Positions 40,101-55,100 of a stretch of 64,000 bases of DNA are shown here, piece after piece (the stretch's first letter is position 1; each line of letters begins with the position of its first letter). Position numbers and translations under genes: made by a program. The stretch comes from Raillietiella orientalis (taxonomy: Eukaryota). Below the pieces are notes generated by a model that saw only the letters and a program-made list of their open reading frames with translations, was not told where the DNA came from and did not search any database. The stretch lies in contig JAYWIR010000041.1 in the NCBI GenBank assembly GCA_036172245.1, positions 868,001 to 932,000 on the forward strand, read 5' to 3'.

Positions 40101-43100
40101 AGCTTATTTGCTCAAAGATCACGACCACCGGCAATGACTCCCTCTCCAGAAATGAATTCTTCCTTTGGAGTTGAAACAGGAGGAGGAAGGAGTCGATGAA
40201 GGGTTGTAGAAGAAACAGCTTTCCCTTTCTACCTTTGTGCTTCAATGGTACATTTTGGTTTCATGAGTGGATGACCGTGTCCAAGCCATACTCATGATGC
40301 AAGTTTGAGAAATCCTTACTTGCGAAAACAGTGCGATGCTATAGCTTCCTTACTGTTAGCTGTAATTCAGGAGGGAGGCTGTGAAAGTGAAGTCTACGAA
40401 CTTGCACTTGCATCGCCAAGTCCATGAGATCTGAGAGAGTACGAAGCAAAAACATGAACTGCTTCTAAACTCAAAGGAACAAACTGAACGAAACGCCTGT
40501 GGCATTTGCTTTTGATCAACACTAGTTTAGAGCTTAGATAGTTTAGATGCTGCGAGAACAAACATGCTTCCAGAACATGAAACGCAGTGAAATGATGCAT
40601 TCAGTGCATCCAGGAGCACTTGCTCCTGCATCTTGTACTTTCCAGATGGACTGGTTCAGTAATCTCAGAAGGAATCCATTCAAAGTTTGTGTTTGCTGAG
40701 AACTCCTAGCTCATGCAGACCTTCCAATCGTTCCGTTGACGGTCGTCTGTGGTTGTCTCAATTGCCTGATGTCATCCATATTTGAGATGATTCCATTTGG
40801 CATGCAGCATGGCGTAAGGCTAAATAACTTGAACACCTCTTCCTCTAGCAGCTTGCAAGTGTATCACCACGTAATCTTCCGTAGCAGCAAGAAGAAGCGA
40901 AAGTTTTGCTCAGATCCTGTACTCGGGTTATAAAAGGGGCCTTCGACATTTTCGAATCGCAGATCAGAAATGCGAAAGCTCGCAAGCACGGATCGAAATG
41001 CTCTCGAGGATCGGAGATGGATTGCTTGGATGCTTGGGATCAACGCAACTTCGATACAGATAGCTCTGGCACGGGAAGCGGGATGAAGGAAGTTGCGTGG
41101 CTGAGTAGGAATCAGAGATCTAGAAAAAGAAACTATTTCTGCAACGGTTTCGAAGTGGAGCTACTACCACGGAATTCTACAACTTGGAATGCAGATTACA
41201 CTTGGAATGACATGGTCGAAATCATCTTATGAATGAGCCCTTTTTCGATGAGCGCAAGTTTTCGAACAGAGGCAGTGGTGTTCTGCAGCATGGATGCAGA
41301 GAAACCAGTATTTTAAAGGCATGATTCTTGAAGGATGCCCAGTGGAAAGACTTTCACTAGGATGTTTATCGAGGACTTAAAGAAGTCAAAGATGAGTAGA
41401 AGAGTTCCTTGATAGAACTGGTGGAATTGTGCTAAAGTGCTCCAAAAGTAGGAGCTAGGAATCGGAGACTTGGTGTCCGGAAGCTTGAAAGTTCTTTCAG
41501 ATGAAGAAAAATCAGAAGTCGAAGAACCTCGAGCTCTTTTTTTCTTTTCCACTGGAAGTTCAACAAGGATGAAGGCACCGAAGCTATTGAAATTATCCTT
41601 AAAGACATGCCCCTCCATCAGTTGTTTAAACTTAATCGACTCGTGCATAAATCATAAGCATTGATAAGATTCTTAAGGATAGCCATCTTTACAATGACTG
41701 CCAATTCAGCAACCAGTTCTTATTAAAGAACTGCTTTCTGCATATCCTTCGAAGAAAAAAAAACCCAAAGCAAATCAACCTGCATGAATTGAGATGCACG
41801 AATTTTCTTTATAAATCTGCCAAATAAGAAAAAGCATTTTTCAATTTCCTCATCTGATCACCTCATTTTTCTTTTTATTTTCAACCAATAGTTTGGACCG
41901 CGACAAGCATCTCAGGCAAGTTTTCTCCAGTTCATCAATGAATCCCTCACTTGCATATGTATATGTATATTCTTGCTACTCATCCTTCGCGCTGTATACT
42001 ATCTTTTAACGAAGATGCCAGTTATTTTCCACCATATTGGAAATTTTCACTACATCCCTTTTGCAATGCAAAATAAACGAAGTATTCCTTTAGTTCAATG
42101 GTTAAGCGGGGTTCTTCACCATGCAAGAGTAATTTTGTTCAGAATCTGGTTTCCTCATTGCTTTCCTAAACTTCAGCTTCATATCTAGCTTCATTTTCAA
42201 CTCCAATCGAAGTAGATGTGACCCAGAAGAACGAATCACTTTTCTTTTGTGATTGACCATCTAGCTGTGCAAGCATAAAAACTTTATCCACTTTTGTAAA
42301 TACATCTACTTGAAGTTCTGGAACCACCCAATTTGTGCTTCTTACCTATTACGTCACCGAAACCCAAGTTAAGAGCACGCTGAATCATCCAGTTCGGATT
42401 CTTTCATGAATATCATTGCATATCAGCACGATTTCCGGTTTCTTGAAGCTTTTCTCTCGGCAAGAACGAAAGATGCCAATCCCTACGGAAGATTTCGGAA
42501 GACACGGTACTTCGTCTTGCTTCTGATGTGAAGGCGATCTGAAGAATGCCGATCGTTACTTCCTAAATGTCCAATAAATTTATCTGAGAAATCCAAATGT
42601 TGTTCGAATTCACTCGCCGATGGACGGCATGTTTTCAACTCGACATAAATGTGCACGAATCTATAGCAATGATCCACAATAAGCACAGTGGCTCTCACGG
42701 ATGCAGAACATGGGAGCGGACCACAAGCATGAGAAGATCTTGGAATCAAAAAGGCGGGGAACGACAAAAGTGGGTTTTCGAGCGTGCATACAGAGGACTG
42801 AGGGGAGGACACAACACCGTTAACAGCACCGTCATTCCAACACCGTCCGCAGTGTCCGAATAGAACAAGGTTCTGGTCCTCATTCATCGAGATAGTTTCA
42901 AAAAGAGTTTGCTACTGTACCTTAGCTTTTCTGTCCGGTGAAACATACTCTCTGACGTACTCTGCTTCAATGAAAACACCGAATATGTCTAAGAAAGTCT
43001 GCAAGCATATTTCAGATCTGAAACACAAAATCCGTAATGCACAAGTAGCACTCTCCAGATTTTCCCTTATCATCCATCACCGCAATGAATATTTGGATTT

Positions 43101-46100
43101 TTTTTTTTTTTTTTTAATTTTGTCCAAATCATCTCGGGATCGAACTCTCCGCTTTGACGTCAAAGATTAAGATCCTTTTCAAATAGTCTTTAAAAAGGAT
43201 GGAAATATCAGTCGGCCGTAACCACAAGTACACGGTAAGCTACCTTGGAATCGACTCCTGATGGAAGCCACCAGCAGCATTTCGTACTGTCGATTTTCAT
43301 AAAGAGGAGCGTCCACGGAGCTACAAACTATCAGTTCCCCTATCAAGGATGTCTTTCATAAGCTCATCCTTGGTAGAAGTATGGATAGTTTGTAGTTCCG
43401 CTCTGGAAGCGTTTTTTTACACGGATTGCTATCCTGTCTATAATGAAGCATTGCAACCATTCATCTCATTCCATTTTTTCCTCATTCACGTCATCCTGTG
43501 ACGATGGATTCTGTTTCTTTGACATGTGGTTCATTGGACAGCCAATTTACTGCTATATTTTCATTCGCGGTTACGTTTATCGGTCGATTATTGAACCAAT
43601 CTTTTTAATATGGAAAATGCACCCATCCAAGGATTTTCGGAGAGAGCAGAGATACAAATAAAAGGACACGACGGAATTCACTCGGAATACCAATATTCTT
43701 CTAAAGAGGGTTGCTGCATTAGCGATCGATGGAAGGTGCATCAAGTGGAAACTTCCCATGCAGTCAAAATTGCTTTTGACGAATCATCCATGTGAAAGAA
43801 CAACGAGCCCAACCTTCAGCATATGGATCACACGTTGGAGTATTCATTTGGAACTTAGTACAAGACGGCCACGCGTCCGAAACGTAGCAACTGACGCTGC
43901 TAGAAGCTACAAGATTACATCTGGCTCTCGTAACTTTTTTTGTTCTTTTTTTTCCTAACACAACAAGCTGATGTAGTTCCTTCGTGGTGATCGCGACTCC
44001 TTTGATGGTGGTAGCCGTTCCGTGGGGAAGCAGACAAACGTTTGAGGCTCCTGCAGGAATTGGCTGATTATTCTTGATTTTCCTCGACCACGTTGAATTC
44101 TGCAAACACTTGATGGTACCCCCAGAACAGAAAATATCATGCAGACAGTTTCCGTTGCTTGCGGATTTCATTATCTTCCATTGCTGTCATCACCTCCTAA
44201 CCACGGTCTACGTCTTACATATATGTATTCTTCGCTCGTGAAGGAAGCGCCGCTTCAACGGAAGTGAAAAACGGCTTCAGGCGAGGAAAGACTGGAGTGG
44301 AGATCACCTTCAGATGATCTTCCATCGTGCTCCCACCATCTGATTTGCTTTTGAGCACGAAAAGAACGGCGAGAAAAGTTCGGATTCTATACATCTCCTT
44401 GTAGGTAAAGAATTGCCGGAGCAATTTTAGAAATCGAGATCCTGTGGAAATGGAGTAGGAGGGCCACAGGATTATGGGTCATCACCAGCAGAGCCCACTA
44501 TAGTCCTACGTGGCTGTCAGAAAAGTATAAATTTCGAAAAGTTTGTTTCGGAAATTCTTGTTTTTTTTTTTCTTTTTTTTGTAAAAAAAAAGAACCAACA
44601 TTTGATAAATCCGACAAGCCTTTGAATTTCCTACGATCGGTAGTTGGGTGATCGTAAATAGAGGAAGCAACTTTTGAGAAATTCGGTCCGGATGTTCATC
44701 ACGTAATTTTTCAAGGGTGCAGTGAAATCTGGCTTTGGTCGTCAAACGCGTCTCCCCTACTCACCAATTCCCCACTGTCATACTGTGTTGCCTCCGACTC
44801 ATGCAGAAATGATCAGCTTGAGAAATCTTCGAAATTTTCAATCGCTCTGTCCTTTTTTTTTTTTTTTCCTGCTGCTGCTTGCGGCCTTCTTTCAGATTTG
44901 GGATGCGAACATCTCTTGCGAAGTTCGCTGAAGAGATGCTTCCTCCTTTCCCAGATGTTCTTCCGTGAGCTGATCTCAACGGGTGTCCCAAAACTCTGCC
45001 ATTTCCTTAACGGACCAACAGCTTTTCTGGAGGAGGTCGTGGTCGCAACGACAAGTGCCCATTGTGGGTCTCCCCACGGGAGAGTTCCGTCAGGGTTTTC
45101 TAGCGGCTGCATGGCAAAGTTGCATTTTTAAAAAAGCAACTGTGGGTCAGGATGCAGCTTCGGCTGGAACCGCTCCGTCCCGCTTCGGGATCTGGACACA
45201 CCCAGCCACAAAGAAGGACGCAGCCATCATCCTGATGAAAATCCTACCAAAGACAAAAAACTTCCTCTCGAGAGCTGCGATCTGCAACTGCAAGCGGTGC
45301 CCATCGAAATCCTGAACGCCGAAATCTCGAAAGATCATTAAAAATAAATACATGTATGCATCTATACATTTATGTATAGAGTAATGTACATTATAAAGAT
45401 TACACAGACATATGTGCTTATTTATATACAGATTAATGTAATTATTAATGAACATACATATTATTAATATAATTAACAATACGTTTCAATATATCATCAA
45501 TGCACATTATAAAGTCCATAAAAGTTGAATAAATATTGTAATATATACTAACATTTAGTCACATATGTAATAAATATACATTAAATGATAAATATCGAAT
45601 ACCCAAAAAAAGGATGGTGACAGTTGAGAATAGTGGAAAATAAAATGTACAGGAAATAAATTTGTATGTTAATCCATATCGATTTATATATGGAATAAAC
45701 ATATGTATATTTATTGTTCAAGATCTTTCGAGATTGTTCAGGACCTTTCGGGATTTTGGTTGTTCGGGTTGGTGAAGCAAACCGTTCTGCAAGGCCTCCG
45801 ATTTTTCTTGGTTTGGACTTTGGATTTGAATTTTCATGACACTGCTTTCTTGTGGAGGCAGGAAATTACGTAAAAAGACATAGTGATCTTGACGCCTGCT
45901 CGGTATGCTGCATTGAGATTGTGTGACTCGATCGGTATGTTGCTAGAGGCTACAAGATTACATCTGCGCAACGGCTCTCAACGTGATTTTTTTTTTGTTC
46001 TTTTTTTTCCTAACCCAACAAATCCATCAGTACGACTGATTCGTCTGCAATGTGTTCGGCGATTCGTCGAGTTCGGTTCACTCAGAGCGCTGGACATCGG

Positions 46101-49100
46101 AAATTAATAAAACGGAAAGAAAGAAAGAGATGAGGGAGTTTTCACTTTCTCCAAGAGTTTGGATCCTTTGACGCCTTCCATCCCGCTCGTATCGGAATAT
46201 CCCGCTGACATGACCGACTTTCGAATTGGGGAGGTCGGCCAGCGGTGCTCTGCGATCACTACACGAGGTCGTCGCACCGCAACACACGAGGTCCCGAAGA
46301 CGACATCCAGATAACGCTGGTAGTGGCAGCAGAACAGGATATCTCGAAGAATTCCAATACTCTCAGCAGAATAGAAGAATGCCTGAATTCCATTTCTGCA
46401 TTCAGCGCAGTAAAGATTTAATTAAGCGAGCGCGTTGCAACGAACCATCAGAAGTGCCTTAACTGTAGCGGGAATGCTTCCGTTGCCACGGAAACGAGTT
46501 ATCTGCTCTTTTCCGGGTTTCACTTTAAAGAAGTAAGGCGCACGTGTGTGTTCCGATTACATCAAAGACTGTATGTACTGTGTGCAACTTTTCAGGCGCG
46601 TGTGCATGCGTGTGGATGTAGACAGATTGATGTAGTAGCGGTCCCCTAAGGACTACTCCTCTCCCAGCTTTTTGTTCCCGAACCCAGGAACTAAGTGGAG
46701 CTCATGCAGTGAAGAAATTAACATTACGAACCTGTCTTCAGGAATCCGTGAGTCGTTCAGGACTCGTCGGAATGAGAGGAACCTCTCTGTAATGTTGTCA
46801 TTGATGTGGAATAAGTGATGACGTGCGCAGACCCATCCCAAGTAATTTTCTGAAAGTATGGGAGAAATCCACATTAGCGAATTTTCTTTCGTGGCACTTG
46901 ATTTTCCTAATAATGTCTCTCATTCACTGAAATTAAAAACAGTCAAAAAAAAAAAAAAAAAAAATGCAATGATAATGCATAAAATAATTTTTTCCTTACG
47001 CCAATTCCTGGCCCTCAGGTCGCTTTTGCCAATAAACTCAAATACTTTTAATAAAGATGAATCCACGATAAAATTCTTTCTTGTTGGCGATTCCTCGTAA
47101 GGCACTTTCTGTTCTTTGTATATGAGGTAGAAAAACAAATCGAAATCAAACTAAAACAAAGTCACATGAAATGACACGTTGCTGAAGTGTATCATCTTCC
47201 CTATTTCTTTTAATATGTTTCTAAAAACAAAAACAAAAACAAAAAGTTCTGAAAACTACTTTCTAACAAACTCGGTGCTGCCAGTCCAAGGAAATGTCCT
47301 CACTGGATTTTAGAAACTTTCTGCCTTTGTAACAGGCAATGGCGAGAATTTCGTGACTTCCAATGGGCACAGTTACATTCAAACATTAAAACATTCCAGA
47401 GTGGGTGGGCGACCCATTCATTACTGGGAAATTCTCGATGATGTGTCAAAGGTGATTCTAAACGGTAACGATGAGTTTAGATGTTTGATGAAGAGGAAGA
47501 TGATCTCAAGGGAAGTGCGAGGTTCATAGCGAGAACTATCTTTATCATTTAGAAGACAGACTCTGAGGAATCAGAAGAAATTGTAAACCTATGGCTACAT
47601 TCTAAAAAAAAAAATGAAAAATAAAAGAAACGTCCAGTGCGTGAAACGAAGCAAACTTTGATAGGTGTGGTCATCCAATGGGAATAAGATGCAAACAGGG
47701 AAAGATGTAGCAAATGCGATGCTCGGAAGACAGCCATGGAGCTAAAGAGCGAAAGGGTTCACCCTGGCGTTTATGAAGTGGCTCGCAAACGGGAAAGGTC
47801 CCTATCAGTTATTTACCTGAGCGGAATTTATAATTTTCCGGATCTTCGACAGGTTTGTGACAGTGGTTTGTCCTGATTCGAGCTCGTTCGGCAGCAGCTG
47901 CGAGTATCCGATTATCTCCAGGGGAAATGAAATCTACCTCACATTTGCCAAGGTCACTTCAAGCTGGAAAACTTCTTGCGCCAAACTGTATAGCTCTTGC
48001 TTTGAGGTCTCCTTGAGGGCTACTTCTTCCATCACCTTGAAAATGAGCTCTTGGTAAGCACGGCGCGCAGGCTCGTGTTTGGGCAGCAAGTAGTGCTCCC
48101 TAGGCATCCCAAGCAATTTTTCCTTGAACTGAAACAAGTTGTGCACGTGTTCAGTCAGATTTCAGAACATTTTTACCACAAAGAAACTTACAAAAAGAGC
48201 ATATTCCTCCTCGCTCCAAGTACTCTTGTCCACACTCAGCTCGAACAGACCAGGAATTCCATAAAGATGCATCTTGACCATTGTCAATTCGGGAGCAAAG
48301 TATTTGGAAGCTTTGTCTGTAGGCCATATCTCTTGTCTCGCGAAAATGACCCAGCTGACGAACTGCGCAAAGTCTACCTTGTTTTGCGTCGAACTTAATA
48401 ACTCTTCAAGAAAAATGAAAATTATGAGAGTGAGGTGAACTCAACCGGTGAGTTCTTCACTCAGTTAGAGAACAGCATTCACCGATCCTAGTGGCTGAAT
48501 CTCGTTAATTTCGGACATTGATTTCGAATTTTTATTCGAGGCCGTTCATAGCTCTCTGCTGACCTCATGTCATGCACCGGCTTTTTATAGTGTGGACGTA
48601 GAATGTGATGCGCGAGTCCCACCTGCCTTTTCACTTTCATACCCATGCAAGAGCACGAAACTGTTTTACTTCTTTTAAGGAATTGGTTCAATTTATCGTC
48701 CTCTGTACATCCCGGCTCAGCAAGCAGACAATACCTTCCCACAATGGTTGCAATGATTTTTTTTTTTTCCGAATTCCGAGTTAGGTCCACGCAGAATCGT
48801 TTTAGTTCCTGCTCTCTCTTGGTCAGTGCTGAGGTCCCAAGAAATGTGCCTTCGTTTGCCGTGCTCTTTTCCTGCTGAGGGGGAAGCAACTGCTTCCACG
48901 TGCTATGCTGGTCACTTTTCCCAGGAGAGTCCTTTATCCAAGCCTCACAAGGACGTCATCATTTCTCTCACAAAAACTCTTTTCATGTGCTTCCTGCCAG
49001 TCTTGCCGTGCTCTGATTTCCTGTCGCTCTCTTTGTGCCCACTAGCGTGAAAGCAGTGCACAAGCCCTATATAGAGCGTCTGCAAGGTTGGTTGCTACAG

Positions 49101-52100
49101 AACAGCTGCGGATTTACAAGCTGGGAAGCCCTAACTCAAGAGGTCATGCCATTGGCTCGCATCAACCCTACCGTTTCTCATGAGGATCCTCATTCGTTCC
49201 TACTGTGGGTTCGGGAATGGAACTCTTGCACACTGATGACTCAGTGTCTGTGGACAGCACATTCATCCGTAGGGCGAACAGTAGGCACTCCGTTTTCACC
49301 GGAGGGTCCCAGTTCCCTGGTCAGAATGGTGCATGACAGCAGACGAAAATCTCAAGGCGCCATTGCGGCAAATACCTATCCACGGGCTAAACGCACACTG
49401 GCAATTCTTCAGGATAGGGTGCACCCCAGGATGGAGGCCTCCCTATGAATCCAGGAAGGGCTCGGATTCTGTTCCTCTCACACTTGGGGAGGGATCCCCC
49501 CGCAGGAGGGGGATTGCACCTCCCACCCTGATTGTCTCCGAAGGGGAATCCCGAAAGGAATCTCCTTCCTCATTCTTTCCGGAGGTACCACCCTGGAAGA
49601 GGGTGGTCCTCTGCATTTCATCTTCTCCGAAGGGAACCCGGAAAGGATCCGCTAGTAGGAATTTCTTCTTCGGAGGGAACCGTAAGGGAACCGCTCCTGT
49701 TCACTCTTCTGAAGAGAACCCCGAAGGGACGCTTCCGAAATTCAGGAGGGGCACTGTAGCTTTCCTCAGGAGAATCACTCTCTCTTGCTTCCTTGCATTC
49801 TGTGAAGAGGCTCGGAGGGTCCCCCCCGCAACAGAAGGGGTCCGCTCCTTTGAACAACTGGAGAGGTGCCTGTGAAGGCTCCTGCTCCATCTTGAAACAT
49901 GAGGGGTCCCCTGGTGAGGGGAGTCCGCTCTCCGTTGCATGACAGGAGGAGGACCTCCCCACTCCTTGATTCCTGGAAGGACCTGAAGGTCGGCTCCCAT
50001 TGCTCCGACTGTCATCGGGGGCCTCCGGCTTAAACGACCACCGGCTCGAGTGTCTCGGCCGCCATTGCAGGAGAAACCCAACGACGCAGTGGCGTCAGTT
50101 TCTGCCGGGGTATTCGAACCCGCGACGCATGCTGCCACACGCGGAAGCCTTAACCACAAAGCCTCCGACGCCGGCTTTGTGGAGCTGGACAAGTTTCTCT
50201 CCTGAACCTCCCAGCGAGAACAGATTTTCTCTGGTCCCCCACTGATTTCTCAGACCCCTTTGTTCTCGGATTTCTCTCTTTCAACAGTTTCAAAATTTCT
50301 TCTACTCGCGCCTCACTCCCCCCAAAACCGAACGCATCCAGGAAATGCCGTCCGTGTCCTTGCCGTGACGGATTTCCGCACCCTCGATCGGGTGCTTCGG
50401 CTCTCTATGGGCGAGTCTCAAAGACACCGTTCAGCACATGCCGGATTTTCGAACACCCCCGCTACACTGGAAAATCCACTTCCAAAAACACTTCAGAAAC
50501 AAAGAGGAAGAAGCAAAAGAGCATCTGTAACGTGCACGGACTAACCTGCGTTGACGCAAACGTAGTAGGCCATTTTCATATTGTCGATCATGGTGTTGAA
50601 CCCCATCGTCTTCTTGTCGAACAGATTACCTGTGCCAAAGGAAGCTACTATGGGAGACAGGAATCAGCATGCTTTAGCTTACTCAGGATTTGGCGACGGA
50701 CCATTCTTTGCAAATGGGTCCGAACTGAGATTGGCTCGTCCTTTTTAGCGAAGGGATGAAGGCTTTGCCAGTTGTGGCAAACGAAAGAATAAAAGTCTCT
50801 GCAAGGGTTCGCCTGCATGTTCATCAGTTCCTGCAACTCTTCGGCTGGAAAAAGCATCAACGAGGAAAACTCAGGCTTTACGTAATGCACACACAGTGTA
50901 CTGTGTGGTGTAGATACACAGTACACACATGTGTGAAATTTATCTAAAGCTTGAGATTGATCTGCCAGCATGCTTCTCCCAAGCATACAGGGTGTGCAGT
51001 ATGTATGAGAGTCTCGTTTAACATTTCTAGAGTGAAACTCCGGTTTTAAAGAAATGGAACCTCGACCACTCGAATTATCTGAATTTGTGTGCGAATGCTA
51101 AATGGTCAGTTCCTTGCAGCGTAGCGAGCAGTAAAGAAAGTTCTTTAGACCGTTTGATAGGAAGAATGAAACCGATTCCCGAGGCGAGAAGAATCGTCCG
51201 GAAGATACGATGCCGATAGAGAAAGCACTTTCTTAAGATATGCCCTCTAATTTTGATCTCACCTGTCTCGATGCACGTAGGATAATTGCATTTCATCGAT
51301 TGATTACTTAGCTCATCCAATTCGTGAGATAAATCTTTGATTATGTTCAGAACTTGCGAATCATTCCTCTTTCCCAGTTCTTTTATTTCCAGTCGAACGT
51401 CCGATGTCAGGTTCTTCAGATAATTCCTCAACTCTTCATCTGAAAATTAAAAGTTGAATTTCAAGGAGAGCTCTAGACGGAGCTTCAGGATTCTTTTGCT
51501 CTTTAAATGGTGGAGTTCAGCAAGAAAGGGAAGAAAGGAGGAAAGAAAAAACAATTCACACGTAAAAGATCAGCAAAATAGGAGAAGCACCAGCATTTTG
51601 GAAGACGTGTTTTCAATCACGAGTTTCATAGATGCAGTACTGCATACTGGAAAGGGTGCTGAGCTGCATCCTGCCAAGATGTCACCAAACGCTCGATCAA
51701 CTCTTTTCTTGTTTGAAACATCCGCTCTATGTCCTTCTAATGGCACGATCATTTCGGAAAGAAAAACCCCGCAGGAAAATAAGGGAAAATAAGGGGTAGT
51801 TTGTTGCAGTTGAGTTACGCGAAAATTGCAATGGAGACTTCGCTCAGTACAATACAGAATTCGTTTCTCGAAGAATAGTTTAAACCTTGGCTTGTTTCTT
51901 TCACCCAAGTGTTGTGTCGTTCGGAGAAGATTTGTTTTCCTCCAATACTCACAAGACAGCGATGCTTGCTTGAACTGTCATCGTTACCAGAAGACCCTTT
52001 CGTTTGCTTTACCAGATTTCGAAAATGACCACAGACACGTTTTTTTGGAGTCGACTCATTCAGCGGAAATGGAAATTCGGTGGGAATTTTTCTCTCCTTC

Positions 52101-55100
52101 CTTTTGCTAATTCGTTCCAACACAACAACTCTCGTTTTATGGATGCATGTTGGTTAGAACTGCATGGGAGGGAAAACCCTTAGAAATTGGTCATCCTGAA
52201 ACAAAGGTAGATTTTTTCTTCTGAAGCAGACTGACTCCAATCTCAAGTTGCAGCTCCTTAAGTTCCGAGTTTTTTTTTTTACTGTATTTGCAAGTCCATC
52301 GTGTGCCTCTCTGATGCCATCCTTTCTAAGCTATCATCATCATCAGGATGAGTTTTTTCTACAAGTTTCGATTGCAAAGGGCCGGATTGTGAAAGGCTGA
52401 CGATTTTTGCATGGTCTGACTGCGGGGGGGGGGGCCATGCCCTTCTTGGAAACTGATAGTTTTAGCCTTTCATTCCGGAACTTTGAGATGAAGGGGAAGA
52501 TAAAGCAAGCATGCTTGGCATGCTGGGAACGAAAAACAACGATTAATTAATCATTATATAAATTATTCCAAAAAATAAATCATTGGGATTGTCCAACAGT
52601 AGTTCACTTTCAAACTATTCTACGGCTTTTCTGTTTTGAATGGAATCGTAGATTGAAAAAGACGAAAAGAAAAAAAAAAAGGTGGCTGCAAATTTTACAC
52701 TTGTTTGTGACATGCAGACGCGTCGTTTACCTTAGCATGTTTCAGATCGAAAATCACTTCCCCTTTAGGATTCGTCCCTGTGATTTGGTCAGCGGATGAC
52801 CGTTGTCCATCAACCACGGTAAGAAACTGCTTTTCGCTCTTGCACCCAAACTTGAAATTCAACTAAGGATAGCAAAGCACATGTGTGCTGCTTCACAAAA
52901 TCGGAGAGAATCATACTCTTTAATTTTTCTAGGAGACCTTCAGTTTCCATATATCAGACACTGCACGCACACACAAACTACGATAATGCTTGCGATTAAA
53001 CCCTATTGCTGTTTCAATGTTATAACCGATGTTGCCTTTCATACCGAAATTTCGGAGAGCATAGTGGATGATAGCATTCTGCGGGCTTGCAAAGATGATG
53101 CAAGAACTCTGAGGCGGTTGCGATTGGAAAACTCAAATGCTTCCGGAACGATCCGTAGAGTCGAAGAAGGCGAGAGGAAGACTGACCACACGGCCTCAGC
53201 CATATAGCTGGATAAAGCTTCGGGACCGCGCGTGGAATGTAATGGGTGAGGAAAACATAGAGGACGATTCCGTGGTTGAGAGCAGAATGATACGCCGCTC
53301 TCCGTTTGGGATGCTGCGGGGGGGGGGGGGAGAATAATCTGAGGTAAACTCTGGTGCTTAATAGAACGCATCTTTCAGAACCGTATTTTCCAAAAGTAGG
53401 AAGGAGAGAAATTCTGGGAACTCTCAGAAGGGTATTTTCTCTTGAGTGTTTTGAATGAAATGGAAAGCTGTGATCTATCTGCAGTCTAGTCGAAGAGCTG
53501 CTTATTGGTAGAGATGTTTCCGAAACAAACACGCACGTCTCATGATGAATAAGACCTCATGCAACACAGAGCTTCGGATGCCAAAACTGAGTCTTAAATC
53601 TGTAGTGAACTGAGCTCAAATATGCCAGGTTAAACAGGTGACAGAAAGCAGTTCCGGGCACGTGAGGAAGGATTTTTCAGAGCAGGATGAAGTTCCAGCG
53701 AGGATTTCGCCGTTTCTGGTCGTTTGGGGGGCCGTGTTTTCGATCCTTGGGAGGGGGGAAACATGGCGCATTCGAAGGACTTGGAATAAGGCACCTCGAG
53801 TGGCATTTCTTCTCTCGAGAGAAGGGTTTCTTCGAAGATGCATTCAAGACCGCACGAATCTGTGAAGGGATGAAGGATAGGCAAGACAGACTCGCAGGAA
53901 ATCGAGTTGTGAAAACCAAGGGGATCACAGGATTCGTGCCTTTCCCGAGGGAAAGACTGCAAAAAAAAAAAAAGAAGACCATAATGGTGTTTGGAAGCCA
54001 TTATCGATATTTCGGGATTTTCAGCGATGGACTTAGGGAAGCCTCTTTCGGAAGCGACCAAGATTTCGTTCGCGGCCTGGAGAGGATTCTTCGGCAAGGA
54101 ATGTCCCAACTGCAAAAATGGTGAAATGGTCTGATGATGTTCCCTGCTGCTTCATCAAATTCCGAAACCCACTATTCTGTAAGACGCCATTTCCTTTCTT
54201 TGGGCACGTTGCTACGTACAGCTTTTTTCAAACCACAATGACACATCGCCCATAAATGATCAAAAAGTGGACATCACTGTATCTAATCCTTGTGTACCTC
54301 GGTTTAACTCCAGCTCCAGCCTTTAAGAAAACGCTCTGCGTAAAGTGACCAGTGTTTTCCTTGTGATTATTATTAATAAATGCCTATATTTTTAGTTTGT
54401 GGGTTTTGTTTCTGTTATTCTTACTTTAACCTGAAGCTGCAATCAGCTTTTCTTTCGACTCCATAAGAATTCGCTTCCAAGGCAAAACCTCAAGCTTTAT
54501 TTTATTTATTTGAATCCCTTTGCAAGTGCTGAAGTCATTGGAATAAGGGGTTCAGGCTTCCTTATGCAGAGAAGAGAACGTCTCCAAGATTTTACATTGG
54601 GTCAAAGAATAGCGCACGGTGGGGTCAGCTCGTTATTCTGAAATGGCAAGTTTGCATCCAGGTTTGTAGATTCTTCGATTACTTTGAAATAAGAGTCATC
54701 TGGTCATGGGAGGATAAGTTGCACCATCTTCTCGCCACAGGGTCATTTCCGGCAAACATTTCGAGATTCCGTCACGCCTCCGCATCGGATGTCCTTATTA
54801 TACATTTTTTTCAAGGGTGTTTTTCAAGACAGTTGCTTCTAAAAAGTGGATCCCAGAAAATTGCCTGTGGTCCCATGACTTGATGAGCACCCCAAAGCAG
54901 GATGTGCCACTGAGTACCGTCAACTACTTGAAAAGAAGTAGACGAGAGATTTTCAATGTCGTACTTTTGAGGTGAGGCGCATTTTAATGTACACGCGAAT
55001 GCTCTTGTTGTAGAGAGTATTGAGCAATGGAAGCCGCTTTTCCAATCTGACCTGAGAGCCACACGGCACGAGAGCGTTGGCAAGAAGCACATGCAAATGA

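Noticed and set aside
41313..42887. Faint integrase- or Merlin-transposase-like peptides (FKDNFNSFGA; RQKWVF)
   Set aside because: Single short motifs with no supporting neighbours.
49333..50245. Several 110-180 aa ORFs on both strands
   Set aside because: They lie in the GC-rich SINE-like repeat, and the frames are not preserved between copies.
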